Assembly: GCF_004010195.1 (NCBI RefSeq)
Contig: NC_057720.1
Span: 23,623,105-23,687,104, forward strand
From: Chiloscyllium plagiosum
Lineage: Eukaryota
Direction of reading: 5' to 3'
DNA length: 64,000 bases
Both the position numbers and the translations under genes were made by a program. Under the pieces are notes generated by a model. That model saw only the letters and a list, made by a program, of their open reading frames with translations. It was not told the DNA's origin and made no database searches. Shown here piece after piece: positions 36,443-47,949 of this stretch; the stretch's first letter is position 1; each line of letters starts with the position of its first letter.

Positions 36443-39400
36443 GTGCGTATTTTGTTTAATGTACTTTAATACTATGAGATTCACCTTCCACCTGAAATAT
36501 GACACTTGATTATGTGATTGATTTTAAAGTCCTGTGCTCCTCACCCTCATATTCAAGTGTGAAACAAATCAGTGAACATCTTTTACACCATGCATAATTT
36601 TGTGTTATTCTGCTGGCTTGACTTAGAAATCCATTGCACATGACACTAAGATGTTGCACATGAATATTTTAAGGGTTAGTTCTGATTTAAAATAATGTTA
36701 AATAGCTTGTAGCAGAATGTGATTTATCCATGCTTTCTTTCGAGGCTTTTTTCAACATTCTGCCACAGTTTAATACACCTGAGAGAGATAGAGCAAGTTA
36801 ATGGATTCAAGAACACGTAAGACACTTATCTTTCACAATATCACTGTCTAATTGTCACCATCCTTATCAGAAAAAGCCAAACTTCTGCTTTACCCATTGC
36901 CTTTAATTCTGTATTCGCTGTTGATTATTGTAGATCAGAGGAGATGGAATTTAATGGTGATAACAAGGGTCATGGTAGGGAACCAATCCCATGACTGGAA
37001 AACCAAAAACTCTACAGTTCTGGCATCATCTGGAGAGAAAGCACTGTTAATGTTAGAACATTAGAAAACTAGTGTCACCCAAATGGCCACTATTGGGAGA
37101 TTCAATGGAATTTAAGTCCCAATCAGGTACTTATCTATCTGCTGCCGGAATTAAATTCTGGAGCAGAACAAATGTTCTGAGAGCTGCCAACCTCAGAGAT
37201 CAACAAATTTATTACCAGCATCTCAGTACCAGCAGCAGCACTGGGAGTGGTGGCCACTGCCAATAATTCAATGCACCCTACACCATGGATTGTCTGTAGA
37301 ACGTTAGGAAACAGGTGAGTGGGGCAAATTCGCTAGAGACAGACTTGATGCAATGGGATTCATTTTGAAAGGCAGAAGGATTTCTTAATTCAGACATCTC
37401 TCTTCCTACTGTTGGGCACCTCTATCGAGCACAGAGAGTGTGAGAGTTTGTGGTGAGCCTGTGGAATTCAGAAAACAGTCAAGAAGGGAATTAGATATAG
37501 TTCTTTGGGCCGTAGAGTTCAAAAGGTATGAGGAGATAGTGGGAACAAGGTACTAAGTTGGATGATTGACCATGATATTGAATGGCAGGGCATGTTTGAA
37601 GGACTGATTGGCCTCCGCCTGCTCTTATTTACTACGTTTCCCTGAACCCCTCCCAACCAATCTCACCCAAATCAGATCTCAGGTCTCCCCACACAAGTAT
37701 GCCTGATAGACTGCCAAAATAATTCACAATTGTTGCTGGCTAAATCCAGTGCTGGTAGAATGAGCCCCTTGTCAGTTAATTGACTGGCCTCTGGTGGAAA
37801 GGCTGCTCACATTTCTGCTGTGAACTTAGTCAGAGGGAAATGAAGACTCACCACCCTCCATCATCCAACAGTGCACAAATTTTTTTTGAGAATATCTGAA
37901 TTACATTTCTCACAAAATGCTACCACCCTAAAAATACCTTAATGGATTTCAACCTCATGTACACAAGGGCTGGAATATTGTAGTTACTACCTTTTTTACT
38001 ATCTCTCTGATTTTAGCAATTGACATGGTATTCATTGCAATAGTAAATGCTACATTATTTCCCCATATAGTAACTCCTGATACTAAGCAGCTTTAAACTA
38101 GAGATTTCACTTTCATCTGCAAGACATTCGGTACCTAATTGATTGCAAGGTTTTCTGGCTCCTAGTTAATTGAGTTTTTTTATTGATAGGTTTAAGTCTG
38201 TTTTATTTCCTTTACATCCTTCCTCCCTGCAACTTTCTTGCAGCTGCTTACTCAGTGCCACCTTTCTTACAGGCTTGCCTCTGCTAATTTTTTCAACTTC
38301 TCCACCCCTTTCCACTCTCTCCCCCTCCCCCAAAAGCTGATGCAACTCTCTTCCATTCAAATCCCATGAATCTTCTTCTTTGTCCTCCAACCTTTTTGCA
38401 GTTTACTGGTACCCCCATTGCCCTATCAGCCTCCTCCTTCCCCAATTCCCTTGTACAGTCTATGGCTCCCCCCACAAGGGGAGACAGTCAAGGGCATAGT
38501 CCATGATAAATGTCCTGACCCTCAGCAATGGCACAAATCCTGACAATGGCAAAAGTCAGTGGTCAAGCTTGTGACTGTATTTGCCCAATGCCCCCTCGCC
38601 AAATGTACTTCAAACCTTACTGTCAGTCAAATGGCTACCATCAGTGCAACTTCCCAACCTGCATTGTGGCCAGGTTTGGGCAGATGGGTGTTGCGGTGAC
38701 GGGAGATTGTGTAACAGCATTAGATTGTGCACAGGATTTGTTAGTGCATCGTTTCTACCATGGAGAGCGCGTTTGCCACACTTCCTCATTTGAGTATAGT
38801 TCTCTGGCATGACTGGAACATTTGTCGATCCAGGCATGAATTTATAAAAGTTTTTTGTTTGTCTTGTGGAGGTCAGCAGTTGAATGTCAGTATGGTAGCT
38901 TCAGCAGTGCAAAAAGGTCATTGTGACCCACTTTTGACTAGCTTTTGATTCAATTTTGAAAAAAATTGGCCACTGTGGAAATACCTTCTTTAATTAGTAA
39001 TTGAATCTGATGTATTTCATTATCAGTTGATGAATTTTTGGAGCTACTGCTGGAATTAGTCTAGGTCGGCAGACAGTCAGTTTATACTGGTTGAGCAAGT
39101 TAACTTGCTGAGATGGGGAACAAAGAACAGACAGCACAGGAACATGCTCTTCGGCCGTCCAAGCCTGCTTTCATTTCACAACCTAATACCAATCTCAAAC
39201 ACACTTGCATCAGGTTGTTAACTTTAAATTTGAGGATGATAGCTACACAAGGTTCAGATATGGGTCTTCCTATGATGGGATTCTTGGCCCACATACTTTT
39301 GGGTACTGAGTCGTGAGACGCTGGTTTCAGAGTGCAAGGTTTGCTTCCTTATCTCTTCTCAGTCACTGCTGTGCTCCCATTAAAATGCTTGGGATTCAAA

Positions 39401-39934
39401 GGACGATACAGCTAGATAGACAATTGTAACCCTTCTGAATGATTGTTAGCAAGCTGTTCCCATTCATTAAGATCAATGTTATATTACATCCAGGTGCGAT
39501 GAGATTAACTGCCTCTGTAGGTTAGAACAAATGTTTAAGTTTTTTTTAAATGTGAGGCTACACCTTTGTCTAATTAATCTACACTTAACCCTATCTGGGA
39601 GCCAATTACAAGATTTTCCTGATTAGAAGAAAGAGCAATTTTTTTTATGTTCACCCCAACGAAAATAGTAAAGATGTGACATCATGAATATGGCCTTAGT
39701 GCAGACACTTCTCATGTGTATATGTACAAAGTTTAAAAAAGGGTTAGTGTTCAAGATATAAGAAATGGTTTATTGATTGTCTTTGAAGCCTTGAACCTGA
39801 GGCTGAGGTGGATTCACTGGTTTCTTCAGTGCAGTCAGCAGAAGCAAAACTTGCATTTATCTTAAAATTCTCAACTTCCTGATAAGCCTATCCTGGAGTC
39901 TGGGCTAGATTGTTTTAGAGAGAGAGGAACTTTG

Positions 39935-40300
39935 GAACAAAAACAGAAATTGCTGGTAAAACTCAGCAGGTCTGCCAGCATCTATGGAGAGAAATCAGAG
40001 TTAACGTTTTGCATTCTGTGACCCTTCTTCAGAACATCTTAGTCTGTGTTCTGTTCTGTATCTTTAGTAGCTTTTGATCTAGCAGAAAGCTTAAGATAGG
40101 TGGCCAGCAGGTCTAGCAGTATCTGTGGGGAGAAAGCAAAGTTAACATTTTGAGTTCCATTTCTGATGAAGAGTCACCAGACTCAAAAGATTAACTCTGA
40201 TTTCTCCCCATAAATGCTGCCAGACCTGCTGAGTTTCTCCAACAATTTGTGTTGTTGTTTCAGATATCCAGAAACCGCCACAGTTCTTGGTTTTATTTGA
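39935..40300. mobile_element. Family B PLE-derived repeats (one single arm plus one palindrome) with hammerhead relic
   Basis: 39935-40035 arm ends GACCCTTCTTCAGAAC. 40105-40300 is a palindrome with CTGATGAA-GAGTC-ACCA-GACTC-AAAA at 40163-40188. Confidence 0.75.
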
Positions 40301-40479
40301 GGTATGTGCTGGTTGTATATTCTATTTGGTGAAGTTTACATTTTCTTTCAAGCTTAGAGATTACAGGCAATGTATCATCTCCAATATGTGAAAGTTGTCA
40401 TAATAGTGTCAATCAAATAAAAGCTGAGGACCTTTCCAGGCCTCCCACAGGGTCTTGCTGACCAGTTTCATTGCTGTTG

Positions 40480-42425
40480 AGTCAAATCCATGTCAGTTTC
40501 ATGAAATATAGCCAATCTGGGTGAATTAGCTGATCCCTGTGGTCATTTATAAGTCAGCCTTGTTTTAAAGCCATTTTAATCCATGAAAGTCTCATGCAAT
40601 AAATTGGGTGATGGAATTCAAAGATCAATAGTCCATATATTTTGTCATTGAGACAACCATTACAGTTCAAGGAGAGCATCAGAATTTCTTTGAAGTGCTT
40701 TCCTTGTCCACCCTGAAACATGGGCCATTTGAGAGTTGAGAGAACAGGATTGATTGACAGAAGTGTTTTAGGTTAACTGGACACAATGCCCAGTCCGTCA
40801 AAGTTGAGTGCGCAGGATTTTAACGAATGCTAATACACCTGGCTTCAAGAAGGATTTTTGCATTGCCATCCAATGAAATTGGAGGCTGTGTCAGCAGTAT
40901 TGCTGACATAATTTCCTTTGTGTTGTTATGTGTTGCTAATACACAGTCCAGGTCTCATGGCAGTAGAGGAGTGTGGTGACAACATTTAATCTTTGCACTG
41001 GGGCTTTTGTTGACATGCTGTTGTTGACTTTGTTTTCAAACACTCACTTCCATGGTTTGTAGAAGGTTGAACTAGTGTAGCAATCCAGTTCTGGATTATA
41101 TCCTCAATGGTGGCCTTTTGACAGGCTTCCAAGCTATGGGAAGTGCTCAACATATTTCAGAGTCTGGCCGACAACATATATGTTGGGTAGAATATCTGGT
41201 TGGCCAGATGTGGATTGATATGAGTTGTGTTTTGGCAACATTCGAGGACATGTTGAATCCCTTCTATGCAGAATTGAAAAGATTGAAAGAAGCCAGCAGT
41301 TCTAGGGTAGAATAGGCAACAACCCAGCAATTCTCTGCAAACTGTGGATCACACATGTCTATACTAGTCCATTTCGTTTTGACACAGAGGCAAATGAAAT
41401 GTTAAAAAAGGTTTTCATCTAGACAGTATTTAATATTTGCACCAGAGGGCAGTTTACCTTAGAGATAAGTAGATACTTTTGAGTAGAATATAAATAGTAT
41501 GGGAGTAATGACACAATCTTGCTTGACGTAGTATAGATTTTGAATATGCCAGATTTGGATCTCCCAGTCGAGATGATCACGATCATACCATCTTGAAGTA
41601 AGTGCAGGATTGTGACAAAGTTTCCTGGATCTCCAGATCTTTGGAGCACAATCAATGAATCCTCATAACTTGCTGAATCTGAACTTATGTCTGTGTAGAT
41701 CTTTGCATTGTTCTCAACAACCTTCTGGCACCAATGTTCCTTTGAAAGGTTTATAGCTGTACCATGTCTCTGGAGGGATTTCATCAGACATAGGAAGCAG
41801 GCAATGGAGGAGAATGCATTTCCCTGCCATAGATAAAAGGAAAATACCACGACAGTTAACATAGCATTATCTATCTCCATCTTGAACATAGGTACAATAT
41901 CTTATATCAGCTATAGCACCTGAAGGATGAAGCTCAATTTATACACTGTCCTTACACTCTGGCCCTCAATTCTAATCACAAGAGAACATCTTACATTGAA
42001 ATAATGTGATAATTTTCCATTTTACAAAGCAGACACCAGATTTCCTAGTGATAGAGAGTGATGGCATCAAAGTATGTAGTTTTGACCAAGACCGTTATGA
42101 CTGGATTAAGAATAAGTAAAATCAATTTCACACACACCCAATTGTGACCAGAGAGACTTTTTGAATCCTAGCCATAGAAGTTAAAGACTAACATTTTGTT
42201 GTCCACACAATCCATGTTCTTCTCAAAACTCCACATACAATAATATAGTTACATCCTCAGAGTTCCTCAGGAACTCAGCCAGGACTCCACCATAGCAGTT
42301 GCATAGCAATCCTGCACTTGTTTCAAGATGATATGACCGTGATCATTTTGACTAGGAGACCTGAATCTGGTACATTCAACATCTAGACCAGGTCAAGCAA
42401 GGTTGTGTCATTACTCCCATACTCC
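40480..42425 (-). mobile_element. RTE-clade LINE RT remnant with an inverted RT piece at about 42130-42425 (+)
   Basis: ORF 41419..41889 reads IVLQRSGDPGNFVTILHLLQDGMIVII..SGIFKI, then with a frameshift GVKQGCVI-like, resembling RTE RT. 41500-41615 and 42307-42420 are inverted copies. Confidence 0.7.
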
Positions 42426-42429
42426 GGCA

Positions 42430-44045
42430 GGACTTGGCTTTCGTTAGCAGGGGAATTTAAAGCTGCGAGATTATGCTGCAGTTCTATAAAGCCTGGTTAG
42501 ACCACACTTGGAATATTGTGTTCAGTTCTGGTTGCCTTATTATAGGAAAGATGTGGAAGCTTTAGAGAGGGTGCAGAGGACTTTTATTAGGTTGCTTCCT
42601 GGACTGGAGGGCAGGGCTTATGAAGAAAGCTTGAAGGAGTTAGGGCTTTTCTCATTGGAGCGAAGCAGGATGAGAGACAATAGACAATAGGTGCAGGAAT
42701 AGGCCATTCGGCCCTTTGAGCCAACACCACCATTCATTATAATCATGGCTGATCATCCACAATCAGTATCCTGTTCCTGCCTTATCCCCATAACCCTTGA
42801 TTCCACTATCTTTAAGAGCTCAATCCATCTCTTTCTTGAAAGTATCCAGAGACTTGGCCTCCACAGCCTTCTAGGGCAGAGCATTCCATACACCCACCCC
42901 TCTCTGGGTGAAGAAGTTTCTCCTCAACTCTGTTCTAAATGGCCTACCCCTTATTTTTAAACTGTGTCCTTTGGTTCTGGACTCACCCATCAGCGTAAAC
43001 ATGCTTCCTGCCTCCAGTGTCCAATCCTTTAATAATCTTATACGTCTCAATCAGATCCCCTCTCATCCTTCTAAACTCAAGAGCATACAAGCCCAGTCGC
43101 TCCAATCTTTCAACATATGATAGTCCCGCCATTCCGGAAATTGACCTCGTAAACCTATGCTGCACTCCCTCAATAGCCCGAATGTCCTTCCTCAAATTTG
43201 GAGACCAAAACAGCACACAATACTCCGGATGCGGACTCACCAAGTCCCTGTCCGGCTGCAGAAGGGCCTCTTTCTTCTGTACTGCATTCCTCTTGTTATG
43301 AAGGCCAGCATGCCATTAGCTTTCTTCACTGCCTGCTGTACCTGCATGCTTGCTTTCATTAACTGATGTACAAGATCACCTAGATCTTGTTGTACTTCCC
43401 CTTTACTTAACTTGACTCCATTTAGATAGTAATCTGCCTTCCTGTCTTTGCCACCAAAGTGGATAACCACACATTTATCCACATTAAACTGCATCTGCCG
43501 TGCATCCATCCACTCACCTGGCTGTCCAAGTCACCCTGTATTCTCCTAACATCCTCCTCACATTTCACCCTGCCACCCAGTTTTGTGTCATCAGCAAATT
43601 TGCTAATATTACTTTTAATAACTTCATTTATATCATTAATGTATATCGTTAACAGCTGTGGTCCCAGCACCGCACCTTGTGGTACCCCACTGGTCACCGC
43701 CTGCCATTCCGAAAGGGACCCATTTATCACTACTCTTTGCTTCCTGTCAGCTTCCTGTGACTTGACAGAAGTGTACAAGAAGCTGAGAGGCAGAGATAGA
43801 ACGGATAGCCAGAGACTTTGTCCCAGGCTATCACAGTTTTAAGATGACTGGAGGAAGTTTTAGGGGAGAGTGGTAGGTGCGTAGTAGAGTCAGATACATT
43901 AGGGACATTTAAGCAACACTTGGATAAGCACATGGATAATAGTAAAATGAAGAGTATGTAGGTTTGTTTGATCTTAGAGTAGGATAAAAGGTCGGCACAG
44001 CATCGAGGCCTGAAGGGCCTGTACTGTTCTATTTTCTATGTTTTA
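42430..44045 (+). mobile_element. CR1 3' fragment (+) interrupted by a minus-strand CR1 of another family (42679-43756)
   Basis: ORF 42508..42690 resumes at 43757 (DLTEVYKKLRG). Inner ORFs 42983..43243 and 43422..43778 (GVPQGAVLGPQL..SKFADDTK), inner tail (CAATAGA)n. Confidence 0.88.
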
Positions 44046-44504
44046 TAAAGGGATCCAGAGGAATATCTCCTATCAGAGACTTCTAATAAAGGTTACAAGG
44101 GGAGGGACCATGCTTGGCTCATACACATCCAACAATGCCAAGGATTATAAGCTCAGGATGGGGACTCCCCATGATGAATATTCCCCCTTCCCAGGCATAT
44201 GAGAATCAGTGTCACGGTGCTTCATATAGTATCCAGTGAGTGGTATGTGCATTTCACTTTATAACCCAGCACCTTAAATCCTATTGCAGAGTGGTGGGGA
44301 GGTGTGGAGGAGAATGGATGCTTGAATGTTCAGTATTCAGACTGTGTCAAATCTCCAACAAATTTGGAAAATTGCAACAACCTGAGTAAATTGAGAAAAA
44401 TCAATCAAAAGGAGCATCTTCAAAGAAAGAAATGAGTCTATAACTGTTCTCAAAACAATCACTTCATAAAACATCTGCATTTATACACTGTGATTTAACA
44501 TAAA

Positions 44505-45865
44505 CGGTCAGTCTTACATCTGTGGTAAGCAAGGTACTGGAAAGGATTCTGGGAGATAGGATTTATGACTATTTGGAAAAACACAGTTTGAATAAAGATA
44601 GTCAGCATGGCTTTGTCAGGGGCAGGTCATGTCTCACAAGCCTTATTGAGTTCTTTGAGGATGTGACAAGATAAGTTGATGAAAGTCAAGCAGTGGATAT
44701 GGTGTGTATGGATTTCAGTAAGGCATTTGATAAGGTTCCACATGGTAGGATCATTCAGAAAATTAGGAGGATGGGATACAGGGAAACTTGACTGTCTGGA
44801 TACAGAATTGGCTGGCCAAAAGAAGGCAGCAAGTGGTAGTGGATGGAAAGTAATTCTGCCTGGAGGTCAGTGACCAGTGGTGTCCTGCAGGGCTCTGTAC
44901 TTATGGCTCTGTTCTTTGTAGTTTTTATAAATGAGTTGGATGAAGAAGTGGAAGAGTGGCTTAGTAAGTTTGCCGATGACACAAAGGTCGGTGGTGTTGT
45001 AGACAGTGTTGAGGGCTGTTGCAGGCTACAACTTGACATTGACAGAATGCAGTGTTGGACTGAAAAGTTGCAGATGGAGTTCAACCTGGATAAATGTGAA
45101 GTGATTCATTTTTGAAGGTCGAATTTGAATGCTGAATACAGGGTTAAAGACAGGATTCTTGGCAGTGTCGAGGAACAGCAGGATCTTGGATTCATATACA
45201 TAGATTCCTCCAAGGTGCCACCCAAGTTGATAGGATTGTTAAGAAGTTGTATGGTGCTTTGGCTTTCATTAACAGGGGATTGAACTTAAGAGCCGTGAGG
45301 TTTTGCTGCAGCTGTATAAAACCTTAGTTAGACCACACTTGGAATATCTTGTCAGTTCTGGTCACCTTATTATAGGAAGGATGTAGATGCTTTAGAGAGG
45401 ATGCAGAGGAGATTTACGAGGATGCTGCCTCGATTGGAGGGCATGTCTTATAAAGACCGGTTGAGTGAGCTTGGGGTTTTCACATAGGAAAGAAGAAGGA
45501 AGAGAGGGGACTTGATAGAGGTGTACAAGGTAATGAGAGGCATGGATAGCCTGAGACATTTCCCCATGGCAGAAGTGGCTGTCACGAGAGGTCATAATTT
45601 TCAGGTGATTGGAGGAAGGTATAAGGGAAATGTCAGAGGTAGGTTCTTTTCGCAGAGAGTGGTGGATGCATGGAATGCACTGCGAGGGGTGGTAGTAGAG
45701 TCAGATACTTTCAGGACATTTAAGCAACTGCTGGACAAGCACATGGCTGACAGTAAATTGAGGGATGTGTAGGTTAGGTTGATCTTAGATTAAAATAAAG
45801 GCTCGGCACAACATCGTGGGCTGAAGGGCCTGTACTGTTCTGTGTTCTATGTTCTATGTTCTATA
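44505..45865 (+). mobile_element. CR1 RT-to-tail fragment, same family as 12862-16300 and 28432-29240
   Basis: ORFs 44843..45115 and 45512..45772. Tail (TTCTATG)n. Confidence 0.9.
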
Positions 45866-46777
45866 AACAGAATAACAGAATATTAATATTAAATTGTGAA
45901 AAGTGAAGCCAAAATTCTTCACAGGCACCAAATCAGATTCACAACTGAGTATTTCAAGCTATTTAATTCTCTGGAAGCTGGAGTTGTTTACACAGTCACG
46001 GACTAAATCAAACTGTATTGTGGAGAAATTAAATCTACAGCCTGAAGGTGTAGCATTAAACTCCACAACAAAATCACAGCAGATACATTTGCTACATTAG
46101 GCTGTTATGGCTAGTTTAATATAGTAGTTTCATTACTATATATGAAAATGAACAATAGCCATTTAAATATACCACGATGCTGATTTTATTAACCATGCTA
46201 ATTTATTTTCGAATGAAAAGGTGGGGTTGGGATTTAACATAGCTTGCTATTGATGAAGCATTTATAAAAATACATTGTATACCAACTGGTCATTGTATGT
46301 CAGAATTTTATGTTTTTCTTAGTTTAAAGGATATGAGCTTTACTGATAAGGCCAACTTTACTGGCTATCTCGAATTGCCCTTAAGAAGATGATGGTGAGC
46401 ATTTTCTTGAAGACAGATGCATGATTTTCTAAGTCATTACAGTGGGCAGTTAAAAGTCAACCACATTTCTTGTGTCTGACTTAAATGTGACTCATACTCC
46501 ATAAAGATGGATGATTTCTTTCCCGAAAGGCCATTAATTGAATCATGTGGACTTTGCAGAAGACTTGTGGTCACTATAAATGATACCAGCTTTTTATACT
46601 TAGATTTTAATGAGTTAATTGAACTTAAATTCTCATGCTGCCATTGTGGAATTTGAATTTGTATTTCCAGATCATTACACTGGTTGTTTTTATTAATGTG
46701 CTACCATGCATCTAATAAAACCAGTTACAGTTAAAGTTCAAATAATTTTGACAACTACTTTTGTAAGTAATTAAGGT

Positions 46778-46999
46778 TGGAAATGTGTTGCTGGAAAAGC
46801 GCAGCAGATCAGGCAGCATCCAGGGAACAGGAGAATCGATGTTTCGGGCATAAGCCCTTCTTCAGGAAAGCCCTGAAGAAGGGCTTATGCCCGAAACGTC
46901 GATTCTCCTGTTCCCTGGATGCTGCCTGACCTGCTGCGCTTTTCCAGCAACACATTTCCAGCTCTGATCTCCAGCATCTGCAGACCTCACTTTCTCCTC
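46778..46999 (+). mobile_element. Near-perfect palindromic PLE mini-insertion with back-to-back hammerheads
   Basis: 14 bp TSD TAAGTAATTAAGGT at 46764-46777 and 47000-47013. About 90 bp inverted arms separated by a few nt. Confidence 0.92.
46873..46900 (+). ncRNA. Minimal hammerhead ribozyme core, sense to PLPPR4 intron 2
   Basis: CUGAAGA-A-GGGC-UUAU-GCCC-GAAA-CGUC. Confidence 0.72.
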
Positions 47000-47077
47000 T
47001 AAGTAATTAAGGTGTTTAGGTAGCATGATACAAATTGATAGTTTCTAATGAAATTTTTGAGTTTGCTTATTGCTGAC

Positions 47078-47388
47078 ATGGTGGCACAGTAGTTAGCAAT
47101 GCTGCCTCACAGTGCCAGGAGCCTGGGTTTGATTCCAGCCTTGGGCGATTGTCTGCATGGAGTTTGCACATTCTCCCCGTGTCTGCGTGGGTTTCCGCCC
47201 ACAATCCAAATATGTGCAGGTTAGGTGAATTGGCCGTGCTAAATTGTTCAGTGTTCAGCGATGTGCAGGTTGGGTGCATTTGCCAGGAGTTAAATGTCAG
47301 GCAATGGTCTGAGTGGGATACTCTTCAGAGGGTCAGTTTGGACTTGTTGAGCCGAAGGGCCTGTTTCCACACTGTAGAGATTCTATTT
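47078..47388 (+). mobile_element. V-SINE (HE1-like), full length
   Basis: tRNA head (TGGCACAGTAG..GGTTTGATTCC), V-domain GGAGTTTGCACATTCTCCCCGTGTCTGCGTGGGTTTCC, CR1-like tail GGGCCTGTTTCCACACTGTA. Confidence 0.85.
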
Positions 47389-47949
47389 TAAAAATTGTCA
47401 GAATTACTGATAAGTTAGAAATAGTTGAAATAATTTAGCAACTGTACTGCAGCAAGACTTGGAACGATCCCTTCAAACAGTCGCATATTTGGAGGTTAGC
47501 CAGAGATTGCACAGGTTACACCACAGGAAGGTATGTAAAAACACTGAATAAAATTAAAAGCCCATTGAGCTAGCAATTGAAGGAACTTAAAATGGCGGCA
47601 AATATTTTCAGCAAAAGGAACAGAAGGCAAAATTCATAATCAATCAAAGGGCACTCAATATCATTGTGCCTTAATATAGTGCCTCATTTTTTAAAAAATC
47701 TGAGATGAGAATCTTTGAAATATTTGTTTTTTTGCTCATGTTTTTGCTAATTTCTCCTGAGTGTTAATGGCAGTAAAATAATTGTAGAGGAAGCTCTGGT
47801 ATGTATGCAGACTACAATTGTTTCTGCTAAACAATATGATATCTTTTAGCGTCTGCATCATGTCACAGTTCCAACATAATCATAAACACTCCTTAAATTT
47901 GATTTGCATCTCATTTTAAGAAATGCTCAAGAAACTCAGTGTTGGTTGT

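Noticed and set aside
38490..38950. Overlapping Cys-rich ORFs
   Set aside because: No coherent domain or splice structure; probably an old unidentified repeat.
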